NCBI GenBank assembly: GCA_031275085.1
Contig: JAISPG010000042.1
Coordinates: 8,071-72,070, forward strand
Source of the DNA: Bacteroidales bacterium
Lineage (GTDB): Bacteria > Bacteroidota > Bacteroidia > Bacteroidales > ML635J-15
DNA: 64,000 bases
Reading direction: 5' to 3'
Part shown: positions 19,773-30,069 of the stretch, one piece after another
How positions within the stretch are numbered: position 1 is the stretch's first letter
How the letters are laid out: every line of letters begins with the position of its first letter
The notes under the pieces: model-generated
Told to the model about the DNA's origin: nothing
What the model saw: only the letters and a program-made list of their open reading frames with translations
Databases searched by the model: none
Made by a program: the position numbers and the translations under genes

Positions 19773-20480
19773 ATGCAAGAAAAAAAGACACCGAAAGCAA
19801 ATCTGGAAAAACGCAAATTTCTTTTTACCGAAATAGGATTAGTGTTGGCTTTAGCATTATGCCTTTTGGCATTTGAATGGTCTACTCAGGATATTTCTGT
19901 AAGTTCTCTTGGCGATTTATCTCAGAATGACCAGCTGGAAGAAGAAATTGACATTACCCAACAGGATGAAAATATGCCGGAACCGGAGCCGGAACCGGAA
20001 CCAGAGCCAGAACAGGAACAAATTATTGAGGAACTGGTCGTTGTGGAAGATGATGTTAAAGTTGATGATATTAGAATAAATACAGAAGCAGATGATAAAA
20101 CAAAAATAGCTCCGCAGATTGTTTCATCCAATTTTGATATTCAGGAAGAAGAATATATAGAACCGGTTTCTTTTGCTGTGGTTGAAGAAAAACCCACCTT
20201 CCCGGGCGGAGAGTCTGAATTGATGAAGTTTATAGTACAAAATACCGTTTATCCTCCTGTTGCAAAAGAACTTGGAGTTCAGGGCAGAGTATATGTACAA
20301 TTTGTAATAGATAAAAACGGAAAAGTAACTAAAGTTCAGGTTGCACGTGGTGTAGACCCGGCTTTGGATGCTGAAGCAATGAGAGTTGTTGGTCTTATGC
20401 CGAATTGGGCTCCGGGAAAACAAAGAGGAAAAAATGTTCCTGTAACATATATTGTTCCTATAAACTTTAAATTAAATTAA
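19773..20480 (+). CDS. energy transducer TonB-family protein (paralogue 2)
   Basis: 235 aa with the same architecture as 18889-19587. The Pro-Glu spacer is PEPEPEPEPEPEQEQ (DNA 19977-20021). Confidence 0.85.
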   Translation: MQEKKTPKANLEKRKFLFTEIGLVLALALCLLAFEWSTQDISVSSLGDLSQNDQLEEEIDITQQDENMPEPEPEPEPEPEQEQIIEELVVVEDDVKVDDIRINTEADDKTKIAPQIVSSNFDIQEEEYIEPVSFAVVEEKPTFPGGESELMKFIVQNTVYPPVAKELGVQGRVYVQFVIDKNGKVTKVQVARGVDPALDAEAMRVVGLMPNWAPGKQRGKNVPVTYIVPINFKLN

Positions 20481-20544
20481 TATAATTAAAAAAATATTAT
20501 AGGACCCTGCCTGAATGGTGGGGTCTTTTCATTAATTTTATTAT

Positions 20545-21735
20545 ATGATAAATGATTGTGAATTAACGGAAAAAGCAGTATTAGCAGGTATTATAACACA
20601 AAACCAGTCAAGGGAACAGGTAGACGAATATCTTGATGAACTTGATTTCTTAGCACAAACAGCCGGAGTTTTACCGGTAAAAAAATTTACTCAAAATTTA
20701 ATTGCTCCGAATCAGCGAACATATGTAGGAACAGGAAAACTTGAAGAAATAAAAAGATATCTTGATGAAAATGAAATAACTCTGATAATATTTGATGATG
20801 AACTATCTCCAACACAATTGAGAAATATTGAAAATATTCTAAAAGTTAGAGTTCTTGACAGGACAAATCTGATTTTAGACATATTTGCTTTAAGAGCGAG
20901 GACTGCATATGCAAAGACACAGGTAGAACTGGCTCAGTATCAATACTTGTTGCCACGTCTGACGAGAATGTGGACTCACCTGGAAAGACAGCGTGGAGGT
21001 ATTGGAATGAGAGGTCCCGGAGAATCACAGATTGAAACGGATCGCAGAATTATTCTGGATAAAATTGCAAAATTAAAAGAAGACCTTCAGAAAATAGATA
21101 GACAAATGTCCCAACAACGTAAAAATCGGGGACAAATGATCAGAGTTGCTTTAGTCGGATATACTAATGTCGGAAAATCTACAATAATGAATCTTATAAG
21201 TAAATCAGATGTTCTGGCTGAAAATAAACTATTTGCTACTTTGGACACTACAGTTAGAAAAGTGGTAATTAATAACCTGCCTTTTTTACTGAGCGATACC
21301 GTAGGTTTTATAAGAAAACTTCCGCATAAATTAATAGAATCCTTTAAATCAACGCTTGACGAAACAAGAGAATCCGATATAATCGTTCATGTTGTAGATA
21401 TTTCGCATCCTTCATTTTTTGATCAGATCGAAATTGTAGAACAAACACTAAAAGAGTTGAATGTAAATAATAAGCCGGTACTAATGGTCTTCAATAAAGT
21501 GGATGCTTTTTCTTTTATACCGAAAGATGAAGATGATCTTACCCCAAAGACAAAAGAAAATTATTCATTAGAAGATTTAAAAAATACATATTTTGCTAAA
21601 AATACATTCCCAAGTGTATTTATTTCTGCTAAAACAAAGGAAAATATAGAAGAATTCAAAGAAATATTGCTTAATATGGTAAGGAAAATATATTTTGAAA
21701 GGTATCCTTATAATAAACTGGAAAGTGAAAGCTGA
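20545..21735 (+). CDS. hflX: GTPase HflX
   Basis: 396 aa with an HflX N-terminal domain and G motifs (GYTNVGKST, DTVGF, NKVD). Confidence 0.9.
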   Translation: MINDCELTEKAVLAGIITQNQSREQVDEYLDELDFLAQTAGVLPVKKFTQNLIAPNQRTYVGTGKLEEIKRYLDENEITLIIFDDELSPTQLRNIENILKVRVLDRTNLILDIFALRARTAYAKTQVELAQYQYLLPRLTRMWTHLERQRGGIGMRGPGESQIETDRRIILDKIAKLKEDLQKIDRQMSQQRKNRGQMIRVALVGYTNVGKSTIMNLISKSDVLAENKLFATLDTTVRKVVINNLPFLLSDTVGFIRKLPHKLIESFKSTLDETRESDIIVHVVDISHPSFFDQIEIVEQTLKELNVNNKPVLMVFNKVDAFSFIPKDEDDLTPKTKENYSLEDLKNTYFAKNTFPSVFISAKTKENIEEFKEILLNMVRKIYFERYPYNKLESES

Positions 21736-22004
21736 AACCGCCTGAACTTGTACTGAAAGATAATTGAATCTACAGGTTAAATTAAGAATTAAAAAAATTG
21801 GAGATATAAAGATTTATGGTAAGGGAGTTTAAAAGGCATAAATAAGGAAATATAGATAGAAAGGTTAATAAAAACCTGGTGATTTATGGATTTTAAATTT
21901 ACTATGAGAACTTTCAACTCTTAAAATCATTAATTCCTGAAAAACTAAAACAAAATTATTAACTTTGCGTAAATATCCTTTTTAAGATAAAAATAAAATA
22001 TAAA

Positions 22005-23234
22005 ATGGATTTACAAAATATTAAGCAACGATTTGGAATAATTGGCAATTCGGAAGGATTGAACAGAGCTTTGGATATTGCCATACAAGTTGCCCCTACA
22101 GATTTGTCGGTATTGATAACGGGAGAAAGTGGGGTAGGAAAGGAAAAGATTCCTCAGATAATTCATTCTCAGAGCTTAAGAAAACATAATTCATATATTG
22201 CAGTAAATTGTGGGGCAATTCCTGAAGGGACAATAGATTCTGAACTTTTCGGTCATGTTAAAGGATCTTTTACAAGTGCACATAGTGATCGTAAAGGCTA
22301 TTTTGAAGAAGCTAATAATGGCACTATATTTCTGGATGAAGTAGGAGAATTGCCATTGTCTACTCAGGTTAGGCTATTACGTGTTTTGGAATCGGGAGAA
22401 TTTATAAAAGTTGGATCATCAAAAATAGAAAAGACTAATGTAAGGGTTATTGCAGCAACTAATCTTGATCTAACATCCAGAGTTACAGAGGGAAAATTCA
22501 GAGAAGATCTTTTTTACAGATTAAATACTGTTCCTATTTTTCTGCCTCCGTTACGAAACAGAAAAGGAGATATATTTTTATTATTCCGTAAATTTGCTAA
22601 CGATTTTGCAGATAAATACAGGATGCCTCCAATAAAACTTGCCGAAGATTCGGTATATATACTGGAAAACTACAGGTGGCCCGGGAATATACGTCAGTTA
22701 AAGAATATTACAGAACAAATATCCATACTTGAAGAGGAAAGACTTATAACAGGAGATATTTTAAAAAAATATTTATCGGATACAAATGTCCCGAATCTTC
22801 CTGTTCTTATAAAAAAAGAAACAGCAGAAGATTTTGCATCTGAAAGGGAAATTTTGTATAAGGTTTTGTTTGATATGAGGAAAGATATAAACGATCTGAA
22901 ATCTCTTATTAATGAAATAATAGATCAGGACCCGGATATCAAACTTGACGATTATGAAACTCAGATAGTGAAAAATAATACACGCCCACATGAAATTTCA
23001 CTGGATAGTGTAAAAAATATGACTCCTGTAAAAATTGAAAAATCTGAAAGGTATGACATAGAGGACACTAATGAAATTGTTGACGAAGTATTATCTTTAT
23101 CCGAACAGGAAAAGGAACTTATAATAAAAGCACTGGAAAAAAATAATTATAAGAGAAAATTAGCTGCAAAAGACTTGGGTATTTCCGAAAGAACTTTGTA
23201 CAGGAAAATAAAAGAATATAATATTACCAAATGA
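22005..23234 (+). CDS. sigma-54-dependent transcriptional activator (EBP) without a receiver or sensor domain
   Basis: 409 aa that starts directly with the AAA+ domain. It has Walker A GESGVGKE, a GAFTGA-loop variant GSFTSA, an R-finger region, and a C-terminal Fis-type HTH (LGISERTLYRKIKEY). Confidence 0.85.
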   Translation: MDLQNIKQRFGIIGNSEGLNRALDIAIQVAPTDLSVLITGESGVGKEKIPQIIHSQSLRKHNSYIAVNCGAIPEGTIDSELFGHVKGSFTSAHSDRKGYFEEANNGTIFLDEVGELPLSTQVRLLRVLESGEFIKVGSSKIEKTNVRVIAATNLDLTSRVTEGKFREDLFYRLNTVPIFLPPLRNRKGDIFLLFRKFANDFADKYRMPPIKLAEDSVYILENYRWPGNIRQLKNITEQISILEEERLITGDILKKYLSDTNVPNLPVLIKKETAEDFASEREILYKVLFDMRKDINDLKSLINEIIDQDPDIKLDDYETQIVKNNTRPHEISLDSVKNMTPVKIEKSERYDIEDTNEIVDEVLSLSEQEKELIIKALEKNNYKRKLAAKDLGISERTLYRKIKEYNITK

Positions 23235-23743
23235 AAAAAAAGATTATTCATAGTTTATGTGTTTTTACTATTTTGGTTGCACTAAATGCCTGTACCGGTG
23301 GTTATTCTTTTACAGGTGCAGATATAGGAGCAAATGTTAAAACTGTTACTATAGAATATTTTCCCAATAGGGCAACTCTTGTACAGCCTTCGTTGAGCAA
23401 TGTTTTTACCGAAATTTTGAGGGATAAATTCATTTCGCAAACAAACCTCGAACTGGTTAATTATAATGGAGACCTTACCTTTGAAGGAGAAATAACGAAT
23501 TATAATGTTGCCGCACAAGCATATCAGGGAGATGAAACTGCTGCATTAAACCGGTTGACGATAACAATAAGAGTGAAATTCACAAATAATGTTGAGCCTG
23601 CCAAAAGCTTTGATACATCTTTTTCCAGATATGCGGATTTTGAAAGCACACAATCGCTTATGTCTGTTGAAGATGAACTTATGCAGCAAATATGTAAAGA
23701 ACTGGTTGTGGATATTTTTAATAAATCAGTGGCTAATTGGTAA
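23231..23743 (+). CDS. lptE: LptE-family lipoprotein
   Basis: 170 aa with a lipobox (LNAC). It overlaps the EBP stop by ATGA. The conserved Bacteroidota EBP-LptE-SecG gene order supports the call. Confidence 0.65.
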   Translation: MKKKIIHSLCVFTILVALNACTGGYSFTGADIGANVKTVTIEYFPNRATLVQPSLSNVFTEILRDKFISQTNLELVNYNGDLTFEGEITNYNVAAQAYQGDETAALNRLTITIRVKFTNNVEPAKSFDTSFSRYADFESTQSLMSVEDELMQQICKELVVDIFNKSVANW

Positions 23744-23745
23744 TT

Positions 23746-25098
23746 ATGAATAAGGAACAATTTATAAAATATGCATCTGATTATACAATACTTAACTCCC
23801 ATAGCCTTGAGGAGTTGAAGCTTCTGCTTGAAGAATTTCCTTATTTCCAGTCGGGTTGGATATTATATATAAAAAATCTGTATGAATTAAATGATGTACG
23901 TTTTGAAAGTAAACTGAAACAAGCTGCTGTTCACGTTCCGGACAGAAAAAACCTTGCCAGGATCTTGAAAGATAACTACCAGCCGTTTCTTAATGAAGAA
24001 AAAAAAGCAGATGAAAGAAAATATATAAATAATTACAAAGATATATCTGAAGAAAAAGAATTAATTTCGCCTGATAACGTCATTATTAAAAATGGTTCCG
24101 AAGATAAAGTTGCTGAAATTAAAACCCCGGAATATTTTCATGAAGAAAGTATAAGATCAGATATAGAAGAAGATAAATCTGAAGACTACTTAAAAGGCAC
24201 GGAAACAGATCAGGAAATATTGCCGGATAGTAAAGATAAGCCCTTTTCGCTTGCGGATTCAATACTGGAAAATATTAGTGAGTTAAGGCCGGAACAATTT
24301 AATGAAAATTCTTTTGACCAGAAAAGATCTGATGAAATTATAGAATTAGACACAGGATCACTTAATATTAATGAAGAACCTTTTGTAGAAAGTCAGGATA
24401 AAATAAATAACACACAAGAACATGCCGAAAAAACGAGTATTGCTGATCTGGTTTTGAAAAATGTTCGTGAAATACAGGCTGGTTTAAATCCGGAAACAAT
24501 AAAAGATACTAAGATAACACCTGTAGAAGATTTACTTAACATAATAGACGATAGACTAAAAGAGCTTGATCAGAAAGAGAAAGTTAAGGAATTACAGGAT
24601 CCGGTAAATTATAATAATGATGAAAAAGAATTTGTTGACATAATGCAGGTTATTGATTCTAATGTAAATGTTGACAAAATAAAAGAAATAAACAAACCTG
24701 TCATTAATTCTGAAGACTTTTTAAATTTTGAGTTTGATAATAATCCTGCATATACCGGATCAATTAATATTTCTGAAGAAACAAAAAAAAATGAAGAAAC
24801 TTCAAATAATAAAAAAGAATCAAAAATAGAACTTATAGATAAATTCTTATTATCAAATCCACGTATAATTCCTGATAAAGATTTTGTTTCAAATTCCAAC
24901 AGGTCAGTTGATTACGTATTAAATGAGGAAGAAGAACTTTTTAGCGAAACCTTAGCTAAAATATATATAAAACAACAATATTTTGAAAAAGCAATTTTAA
25001 CATATGAAAAATTATGTTTGAAATATCCCGAAAAAAGTATTTACTTTGCAAGTCAAATTGAAAAAATAGAAAATTTAATAAAAAATAAAAAGAATTAA
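23746..25098 (+). CDS. hypothetical acidic low-complexity protein with a TPR-like C-terminus
   Basis: About 450-aa ORF. The ATG at 23746 is preferred over the TTG at 23737. It is E/D/K-rich, and the C-terminal segment AKIYIKQQYFEKAILTYEKLCLKYPEKS is TPR-like. Confidence 0.6.
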   Translation: MNKEQFIKYASDYTILNSHSLEELKLLLEEFPYFQSGWILYIKNLYELNDVRFESKLKQAAVHVPDRKNLARILKDNYQPFLNEEKKADERKYINNYKDISEEKELISPDNVIIKNGSEDKVAEIKTPEYFHEESIRSDIEEDKSEDYLKGTETDQEILPDSKDKPFSLADSILENISELRPEQFNENSFDQKRSDEIIELDTGSLNINEEPFVESQDKINNTQEHAEKTSIADLVLKNVREIQAGLNPETIKDTKITPVEDLLNIIDDRLKELDQKEKVKELQDPVNYNNDEKEFVDIMQVIDSNVNVDKIKEINKPVINSEDFLNFEFDNNPAYTGSINISEETKKNEETSNNKKESKIELIDKFLLSNPRIIPDKDFVSNSNRSVDYVLNEEEELFSETLAKIYIKQQYFEKAILTYEKLCLKYPEKSIYFASQIEKIENLIKNKKN

Positions 25099-25100
25099 TT

Positions 25101-25406
25101 ATGTATATCTTTTTTTCTGTAATGGTTATTATATGCGCAATTCTGTTAACATTGATAGTATTAATACAGAATAGTAAAGGAGGAGGTTTAGCATCTAATT
25201 TTGGCCAGGGCAATCAGGTGATGGGTGTTAAAAAAACAACCGATTTTTTGGAAAAAGCAACATGGACACTTGCAGTAGGGTTAATGGTTTTTTGCATGTT
25301 GGCTAGTTTTACCATCCCAAATAAAAGAGTTAAAGAACCGGTAAGAGTAGAGGAAGTCATTCCAAATGCCAATCCTGATCAACAATCTCAAACTACTACT
25401 GAATAG
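25101..25406 (+). CDS. secG: preprotein translocase subunit SecG
   Basis: 101 aa with two TM helices and the LIVLIQNSKGGGL motif. Confidence 0.85.
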   Translation: MYIFFSVMVIICAILLTLIVLIQNSKGGGLASNFGQGNQVMGVKKTTDFLEKATWTLAVGLMVFCMLASFTIPNKRVKEPVRVEEVIPNANPDQQSQTTTE

Positions 25407-25426
25407 TGTTTATATGAAATATTCTT

Positions 25427-25471
25427 ACTTTTGCTATTAGTTTAAAAAAACTTTTAGCAAAAGTTTTTTTT
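25427..25471 (+). terminator. rho-independent terminator after secG
   Basis: ACTTTTGCTA (25427-25436) pairs with TAGCAAAAGT (25455-25464) and is followed by a T8 run. Confidence 0.8.
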
Positions 25472-25642
25472 ATAAATGTTATTAAATTATAAAAGCACTA
25501 ATTACTAATTATCTAATGAATATTATATCGGTTTTTTGTTGAACATAAAAAAATAAAAACAATAAACAGAAACTAATTCTATAATTAATTGTTTCATATA
25601 GAATCAATGTTTTAATTAATTATATTTGTAAAAAAAATATAT

Positions 25643-26017
25643 ATGGCGAAAAAATTCACAGAAGACGAAACTATACAATTATTAAGGACCATAAATGAAT
25701 CAATTATAGAAAAAAAAGGAGAAAACATAATAAATTTAAATCTGGAAAATATTGAAAATGCCATTACAAAATATTTTGTAATATGTTCAGGTACATCCAA
25801 TACACATGTAAATACGATAGCTCAGTTTATAGAACATAATGTAAGGGAAAAATTAAAAGATAAACCATGGAAAAAAGAAGGTTTCGAAAATAGTGAATGG
25901 GTACTTTTGGATTATGTAAATATAGTTGTTCATATTTTTCAGCCTGAAGCCAGAAGTTTCTACAGATTGGAACAATTATGGGCAGATGCTGATACTACTA
26001 TGGTTGAAGGTAATTAA
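25643..26017 (+). CDS. rsfS: ribosome silencing factor RsfS
   Basis: 124 aa with the RsfS/Iojap pattern (YFVICSGTSNTHV...WVLLDYVNIVVHIF). Confidence 0.85.
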   Translation: MAKKFTEDETIQLLRTINESIIEKKGENIINLNLENIENAITKYFVICSGTSNTHVNTIAQFIEHNVREKLKDKPWKKEGFENSEWVLLDYVNIVVHIFQPEARSFYRLEQLWADADTTMVEGN

Positions 26018-26074
26018 TAAAAATAGAAAATTTTATAATAATTTGGTTAAATAAGAGTTTTACATAGAAAAAAT

Positions 26075-28165
26075 ATGGAAGAAAATAAAGGTTTTAATAA
26101 TAAAAATCCCAATCAAAAACCAAACCCGACGCCGAATAACTCACCGGTAAACAATAAAAATAGATTTTGGATATATGCAATTTTACTGGGTATTTTGCTG
26201 CTTTTTACTTTTATTGATTTTGGCGGAGGATCAAAAGAAATATCGAGAGACCGGTTTCAGAACGAAATGCTTGAATCTCATGATGTCGAAAAGATTGTAA
26301 TAGTAAATAAGGAACGTGTTGATGTATATATAAAGCCGGAAAGGCTGGATGATAGCAAATATAGCGATGCTGCCAATTCGCGTGGATTTGGCTTTAAAAA
26401 CAGCATGGGGCCGCAATATTATTTTACAATCGGAGATGTGGGAACATTTGAACGGCAGCTTGACGAAGCTCAGGTCGATTTTCGTCCACAGGATAAAATA
26501 AGCGCTCAATATGATACCGAGATTAATTATTTTGGTAGTATATTAAGTTGGATTCTTCCTTTGGCATTATTTTTCGGATTGTGGTATTTTATCTTTAAAA
26601 GAATGAGTGGAGGCGGAGGTGGTTCCGGCGGAAATCAGATATTTAATATAGGAAAATCCAAAGCGCAGGTCTTTGATAAAGAGCGTAAGGTTAAAGTGAA
26701 CTTTAGTGATGTTGCCGGTTTGGATGAGGCAAAAGTGGAGATAATGGAAATTGTGGATTTCCTTAAAAATCCTGATAAATATACAAAATTGGGAGGTAAA
26801 ATTCCTAAAGGAGCTTTATTAGTTGGCCCTCCGGGAACAGGAAAAACATTACTTGCAAAAGCAGTTGCAGGTGAAGCCGATGTGCCGTTTTTCTCATTAA
26901 GCGGAAGTGATTTTGTTGAAATGTTTGTAGGAGTAGGAGCTTCCAGAGTTCGCGATCTTTTTAAACAGGCAAAAGCAAAATCACCATGTATAATTTTTAT
27001 TGATGAGATAGATGCAATAGGACGTGCAAGAGGTAAAAATCCTAATTTCGGATCTAATGATGAACGTGAAAATACTTTAAATCAATTACTTACCGAGATG
27101 GACGGTTTTGATACGAACAGCGGTGTGATAATACTTGCTGCAACAAACCGTGCGGATATTCTTGATAGTGCATTGATGAGGGCAGGAAGGTTTGACCGCC
27201 AGATACACCTTGAACTTCCTGATATTAACGAAAGAGAAGCAATCTTTAAAGTACATACAAAAAATCTGAAAATGTCAAGTGATGTAAAGGTTGATTTCCT
27301 TGCTAAACAAACACCGGGATTTAGTGGTGCAGATATTGCAAATGTTTGTAATGAAGCAGCATTGATAGCTGCCCGAAAAAACAAAAAAAGTATTGACAAA
27401 CAGGATTTTCTGGATGCAGTTGACAGGATTATAGGAGGACTTGAAAGAAAGAGTAAGATTATTACTCCTGCTGAGAAAAAAACTATTGCATTTCATGAAG
27501 CCGGACATGCTACTGTTAGCTGGCTGTTGGAACATGCAAATCCATTGTTGAAAGTAACTATTATTCCTCGTGGAAAAGCTTTAGGTGCTGCTTGGTATCT
27601 GCCGGAAGAAAGACAAATAACAACAAAAGAACAGCTTCTTGACGAAATGTGTTCTACGCTTGGAGGAAGAGCCAGTGAAGAAATAAATTTCGGAAAGATA
27701 TCTACCGGAGCGCTTAATGATCTTGAAAGGGTTACAAAACAGGCTTTGGCAATGGTTACATATTTTGGCATGAGCGAAAATGTGGGTAATCTTTCTTATT
27801 ATGATTCTACCGGACAGAATGAATATGGTTTTACAAAACCTTACAGCGAAAAGACTGCTGAGATGATTGACAGTGAGGTGAAACAAATAGTTGAAGAACA
27901 ATATCAAAGAGCAAAAAAAGTTTTAATTGACAACATATACGGATTAACCCAACTGGCAGAACGTTTATTGGAAAAAGAAGTAATTTTTAGTGATGATCTT
28001 GAAAATATCTTCGGTAAACGTAAAGGTGAACATACTCCGGAAGGACTTTTTAATGAAATAGAAAAAACAGAAGCTAAAGAAAAGAAAGAAGAAGAAAAAC
28101 GGGAAAAGAAAAAAGAAAAGGAAGATAACGAAGAAAGAGAAAATAACAAAGATAAAGAAGAATAA
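26075..28165 (+). CDS. ftsH: ATP-dependent zinc metalloprotease FtsH
   Basis: 696 aa with Walker A GPPGTGKT, the SRH region, the HEAGH zinc motif and a K/E-rich C-terminal tail. Confidence 0.95.
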   Translation: MEENKGFNNKNPNQKPNPTPNNSPVNNKNRFWIYAILLGILLLFTFIDFGGGSKEISRDRFQNEMLESHDVEKIVIVNKERVDVYIKPERLDDSKYSDAANSRGFGFKNSMGPQYYFTIGDVGTFERQLDEAQVDFRPQDKISAQYDTEINYFGSILSWILPLALFFGLWYFIFKRMSGGGGGSGGNQIFNIGKSKAQVFDKERKVKVNFSDVAGLDEAKVEIMEIVDFLKNPDKYTKLGGKIPKGALLVGPPGTGKTLLAKAVAGEADVPFFSLSGSDFVEMFVGVGASRVRDLFKQAKAKSPCIIFIDEIDAIGRARGKNPNFGSNDERENTLNQLLTEMDGFDTNSGVIILAATNRADILDSALMRAGRFDRQIHLELPDINEREAIFKVHTKNLKMSSDVKVDFLAKQTPGFSGADIANVCNEAALIAARKNKKSIDKQDFLDAVDRIIGGLERKSKIITPAEKKTIAFHEAGHATVSWLLEHANPLLKVTIIPRGKALGAAWYLPEERQITTKEQLLDEMCSTLGGRASEEINFGKISTGALNDLERVTKQALAMVTYFGMSENVGNLSYYDSTGQNEYGFTKPYSEKTAEMIDSEVKQIVEEQYQRAKKVLIDNIYGLTQLAERLLEKEVIFSDDLENIFGKRKGEHTPEGLFNEIEKTEAKEKKEEEKREKKKEKEDNEERENNKDKEE

Positions 28166-28178
28166 AAACAGGTTTATT

Positions 28179-29039
28179 TTGAATAATTTCGTTAAACGTA
28201 CTATAACAGGGAGTCTTTTTGTAATAATAACAGTAGCATTGATTGTTATTAATGAATGGACTTTTCTGACATTCTTATTAATTGCGAACATTTGGTTGAG
28301 TTTCGAATTTCTTAGGCTTTCAAGTACAGAAATAATAAAACCTAATTTTATAACTACCATTTTAACGGGAACTCTTGCAATTTTGATGGTTTTCTTGAAC
28401 AACTACTGTTGCTTTGATCACGGGCTCTATTGGATTATTCTTTTATTTGTAATGTTAATATTCATAGAAGAATTATTTAGGAAAAATGAAAATCCTTTGC
28501 AAAATATTTCCGTATCTGTATTATCATTGGTTTATATAAGCCTGCCTCTTGTTATATCTGTTTTATTGGTAAAAGGTAATTTATTTTATTATCAGATAGG
28601 TTCCGGGTTTAATCCCGGTGTCTTACTAGGTATCTTAATCTTGATATGGATTTTTGATAGTATGGCATATTGTATGGGAACCTTATTTGGAAAAAAAGGA
28701 AAACATAAATTGTTTGAGCGGATTTCCCCGAAAAAATCGTGGGAAGGAACTATAGGAGGAGCAATATTTGCTATTATAGCAGGATATTTTATTTGTTTAT
28801 TGTTTCCTGTTCTTTCCAGGTTAGACTGGTTAGTAATTTCAGCAATAATTATTGTTTTCGGTACTTTGGGAGACCTGATAGAATCAATGTTTAAACGCAG
28901 TTCCCATATTAAAGATTCAGGCCACTTGCTTCCCGGGCACGGAGGATTACTTGACCGCCTTGATAGTTTTATTTTTACTGTACCGTGGGTTTTCTTTTAT
29001 TTGTTGTTGAAAGAGAGCTATTTAATTTGTGTATGTTAA
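28179..29039 (+). CDS. cdsA: phosphatidate cytidylyltransferase CdsA
   Basis: 286 aa, polytopic, with the C-terminal CdsA signature (SMFKRSSHIKDSGHLLPGHGGLLDRLDS). The start is apparently a TTG. Confidence 0.85.
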   Translation: MNNFVKRTITGSLFVIITVALIVINEWTFLTFLLIANIWLSFEFLRLSSTEIIKPNFITTILTGTLAILMVFLNNYCCFDHGLYWIILLFVMLIFIEELFRKNENPLQNISVSVLSLVYISLPLVISVLLVKGNLFYYQIGSGFNPGVLLGILILIWIFDSMAYCMGTLFGKKGKHKLFERISPKKSWEGTIGGAIFAIIAGYFICLLFPVLSRLDWLVISAIIIVFGTLGDLIESMFKRSSHIKDSGHLLPGHGGLLDRLDSFIFTVPWVFFYLLLKESYLICVC

Positions 29040-29043
29040 ATAA

Positions 29044-29078
29044 AAAACGGATTCCAGTTTAAATCTGAGATCCGTTTT
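29044..29078. terminator. bidirectional terminator between cdsA and the convergent lipoprotein gene
   Basis: AAAACGGAT (29044-29052) pairs with ATCCGTTTT (29070-29078). Confidence 0.75.
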
Positions 29079-29101
29079 AAATATATATGTTATTAAGAAA
29101 A

Positions 29102-29686
29102 TTATTTATAAGAATTTTCCAGTTTCTCCATTTCTTGATTAAATATTTCTTCAAATTTCATTTTATCGTAATCAACTCTTAATTTCTGATCTTTATTGAT
29201 ATTACTTGAGATTCCCTTAAGCATATCTTCTTTATTAACTTCAATTGCGATAAAAGAAGAATACTTTCCGGTTTTTTTATCAACCATATTTTTTTCACAT
29301 ACTATAGATATGTCTGATAATGTTTGGTTAACAACTTCACGGGTTAAGTTTTCAAATTTTTGTTCAAAATCAGAATTTTTTCCAACTTCCGTTTCATTGA
29401 CGTAACGATCAGTTACAGATTTAACCTGAGTATTAATTAATCCCGACAATCTTTGTTTTGCATTAGTTAAGGCTTTTTCTCTTGATAAACTCATATCTGT
29501 TGATGTTGAACTTCCGTCTGCTCTGAAATAGTTTTTATCAGAACTACCTTCGTTTTTGCATGGAATTTCTAGCTCTACCATATCCTGAGGAATAGTTACT
29601 TCAGGCTTTTTAGCTTTACAGGATGAAAATACAATTAATGAACCCAAACATATTACCAATAAAATGTTTTTTGTAGATGTTTTCAT
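29102..29686 (-). CDS. hypothetical lipoprotein
   Basis: The track ORF extends to 29860. The internal Met at 29686 gives a canonical lipoprotein signal (MKTSTKNILLVICLGSLIVFSSC), so I prefer that start. Confidence 0.65.
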   Translation of the reverse strand: MKTSTKNILLVICLGSLIVFSSCKAKKPEVTIPQDMVELEIPCKNEGSSDKNYFRADGSSTSTDMSLSREKALTNAKQRLSGLINTQVKSVTDRYVNETEVGKNSDFEQKFENLTREVVNQTLSDISIVCEKNMVDKKTGKYSSFIAIEVNKEDMLKGISSNINKDQKLRVDYDKMKFEEIFNQEMEKLENSYK

Positions 29687-29937
29687 AATAATAAGATTTT
29701 TGTTATACATAATTTTTGTTAAAAATAGCTTTTTATTTTTTAATGACAATATAATTTTTGACACTATTTTAATAAGTTGAATTACAAACATGATGCCAAA
29801 ATGGATTATATTTTCCATTGAAGATCTGCATATTTTGATATGCCAAATAATTATAGTCAAAAATTTTGCCTAATTTACAACTAGTTAGCTGTAATTATAA
29901 AAGATAATAACAAATTCTAATTTATAAAAATTTTTAA

Positions 29938-29976
29938 TGTAAAAATTTTTGCCATTAAGTGTAAAATTATTTTACA
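29938..29976. promoter_or_regulatory. paired dyad UAS (degenerate site + perfect TGTAAAAT-T-ATTTTACA) upstream of the tolC-like gene
   Basis: The perfect palindrome is at 29960-29976, and arms of 11 nt (AAGTGTAAAAT) extend it to 29957-29979. The degenerate copy TGTAAAAATTTTTGCCA is at 29938-29954. Confidence 0.7.
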
Positions 29977-30029
29977 CTTAATGATGTTTTCGTATTTTTA
30001 ATACTTTGAATAGTAGTGTTTTATCCTTT

Positions 30030-30045
30030 TGGCATAACATTAGTA
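30030..30045 (+). promoter_or_regulatory. putative sigma-54 -24/-12 promoter (TGGCATAACATTAGTA)
   Basis: The GG lies 63 bp from the dyad centre and the element ends 25 nt before the ATG. The same element and spacing occur at three other units. The -12 position reads AGT instead of GC. Confidence 0.55.
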
Positions 30046-30069
30046 TAAATAAACATAAAAAGGAATAAG

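Noticed and set aside
29687-29860. The lipoprotein ORF has a 58-codon N-terminal extension in the track (MTIIIWHIKICRSS...).
   Set aside because: The extension is AT-rich and has no signal-peptide logic. The internal Met at 29686 gives a textbook lipoprotein signal peptide. The extension would also run into the divergent regulatory region of the tolC-like gene.
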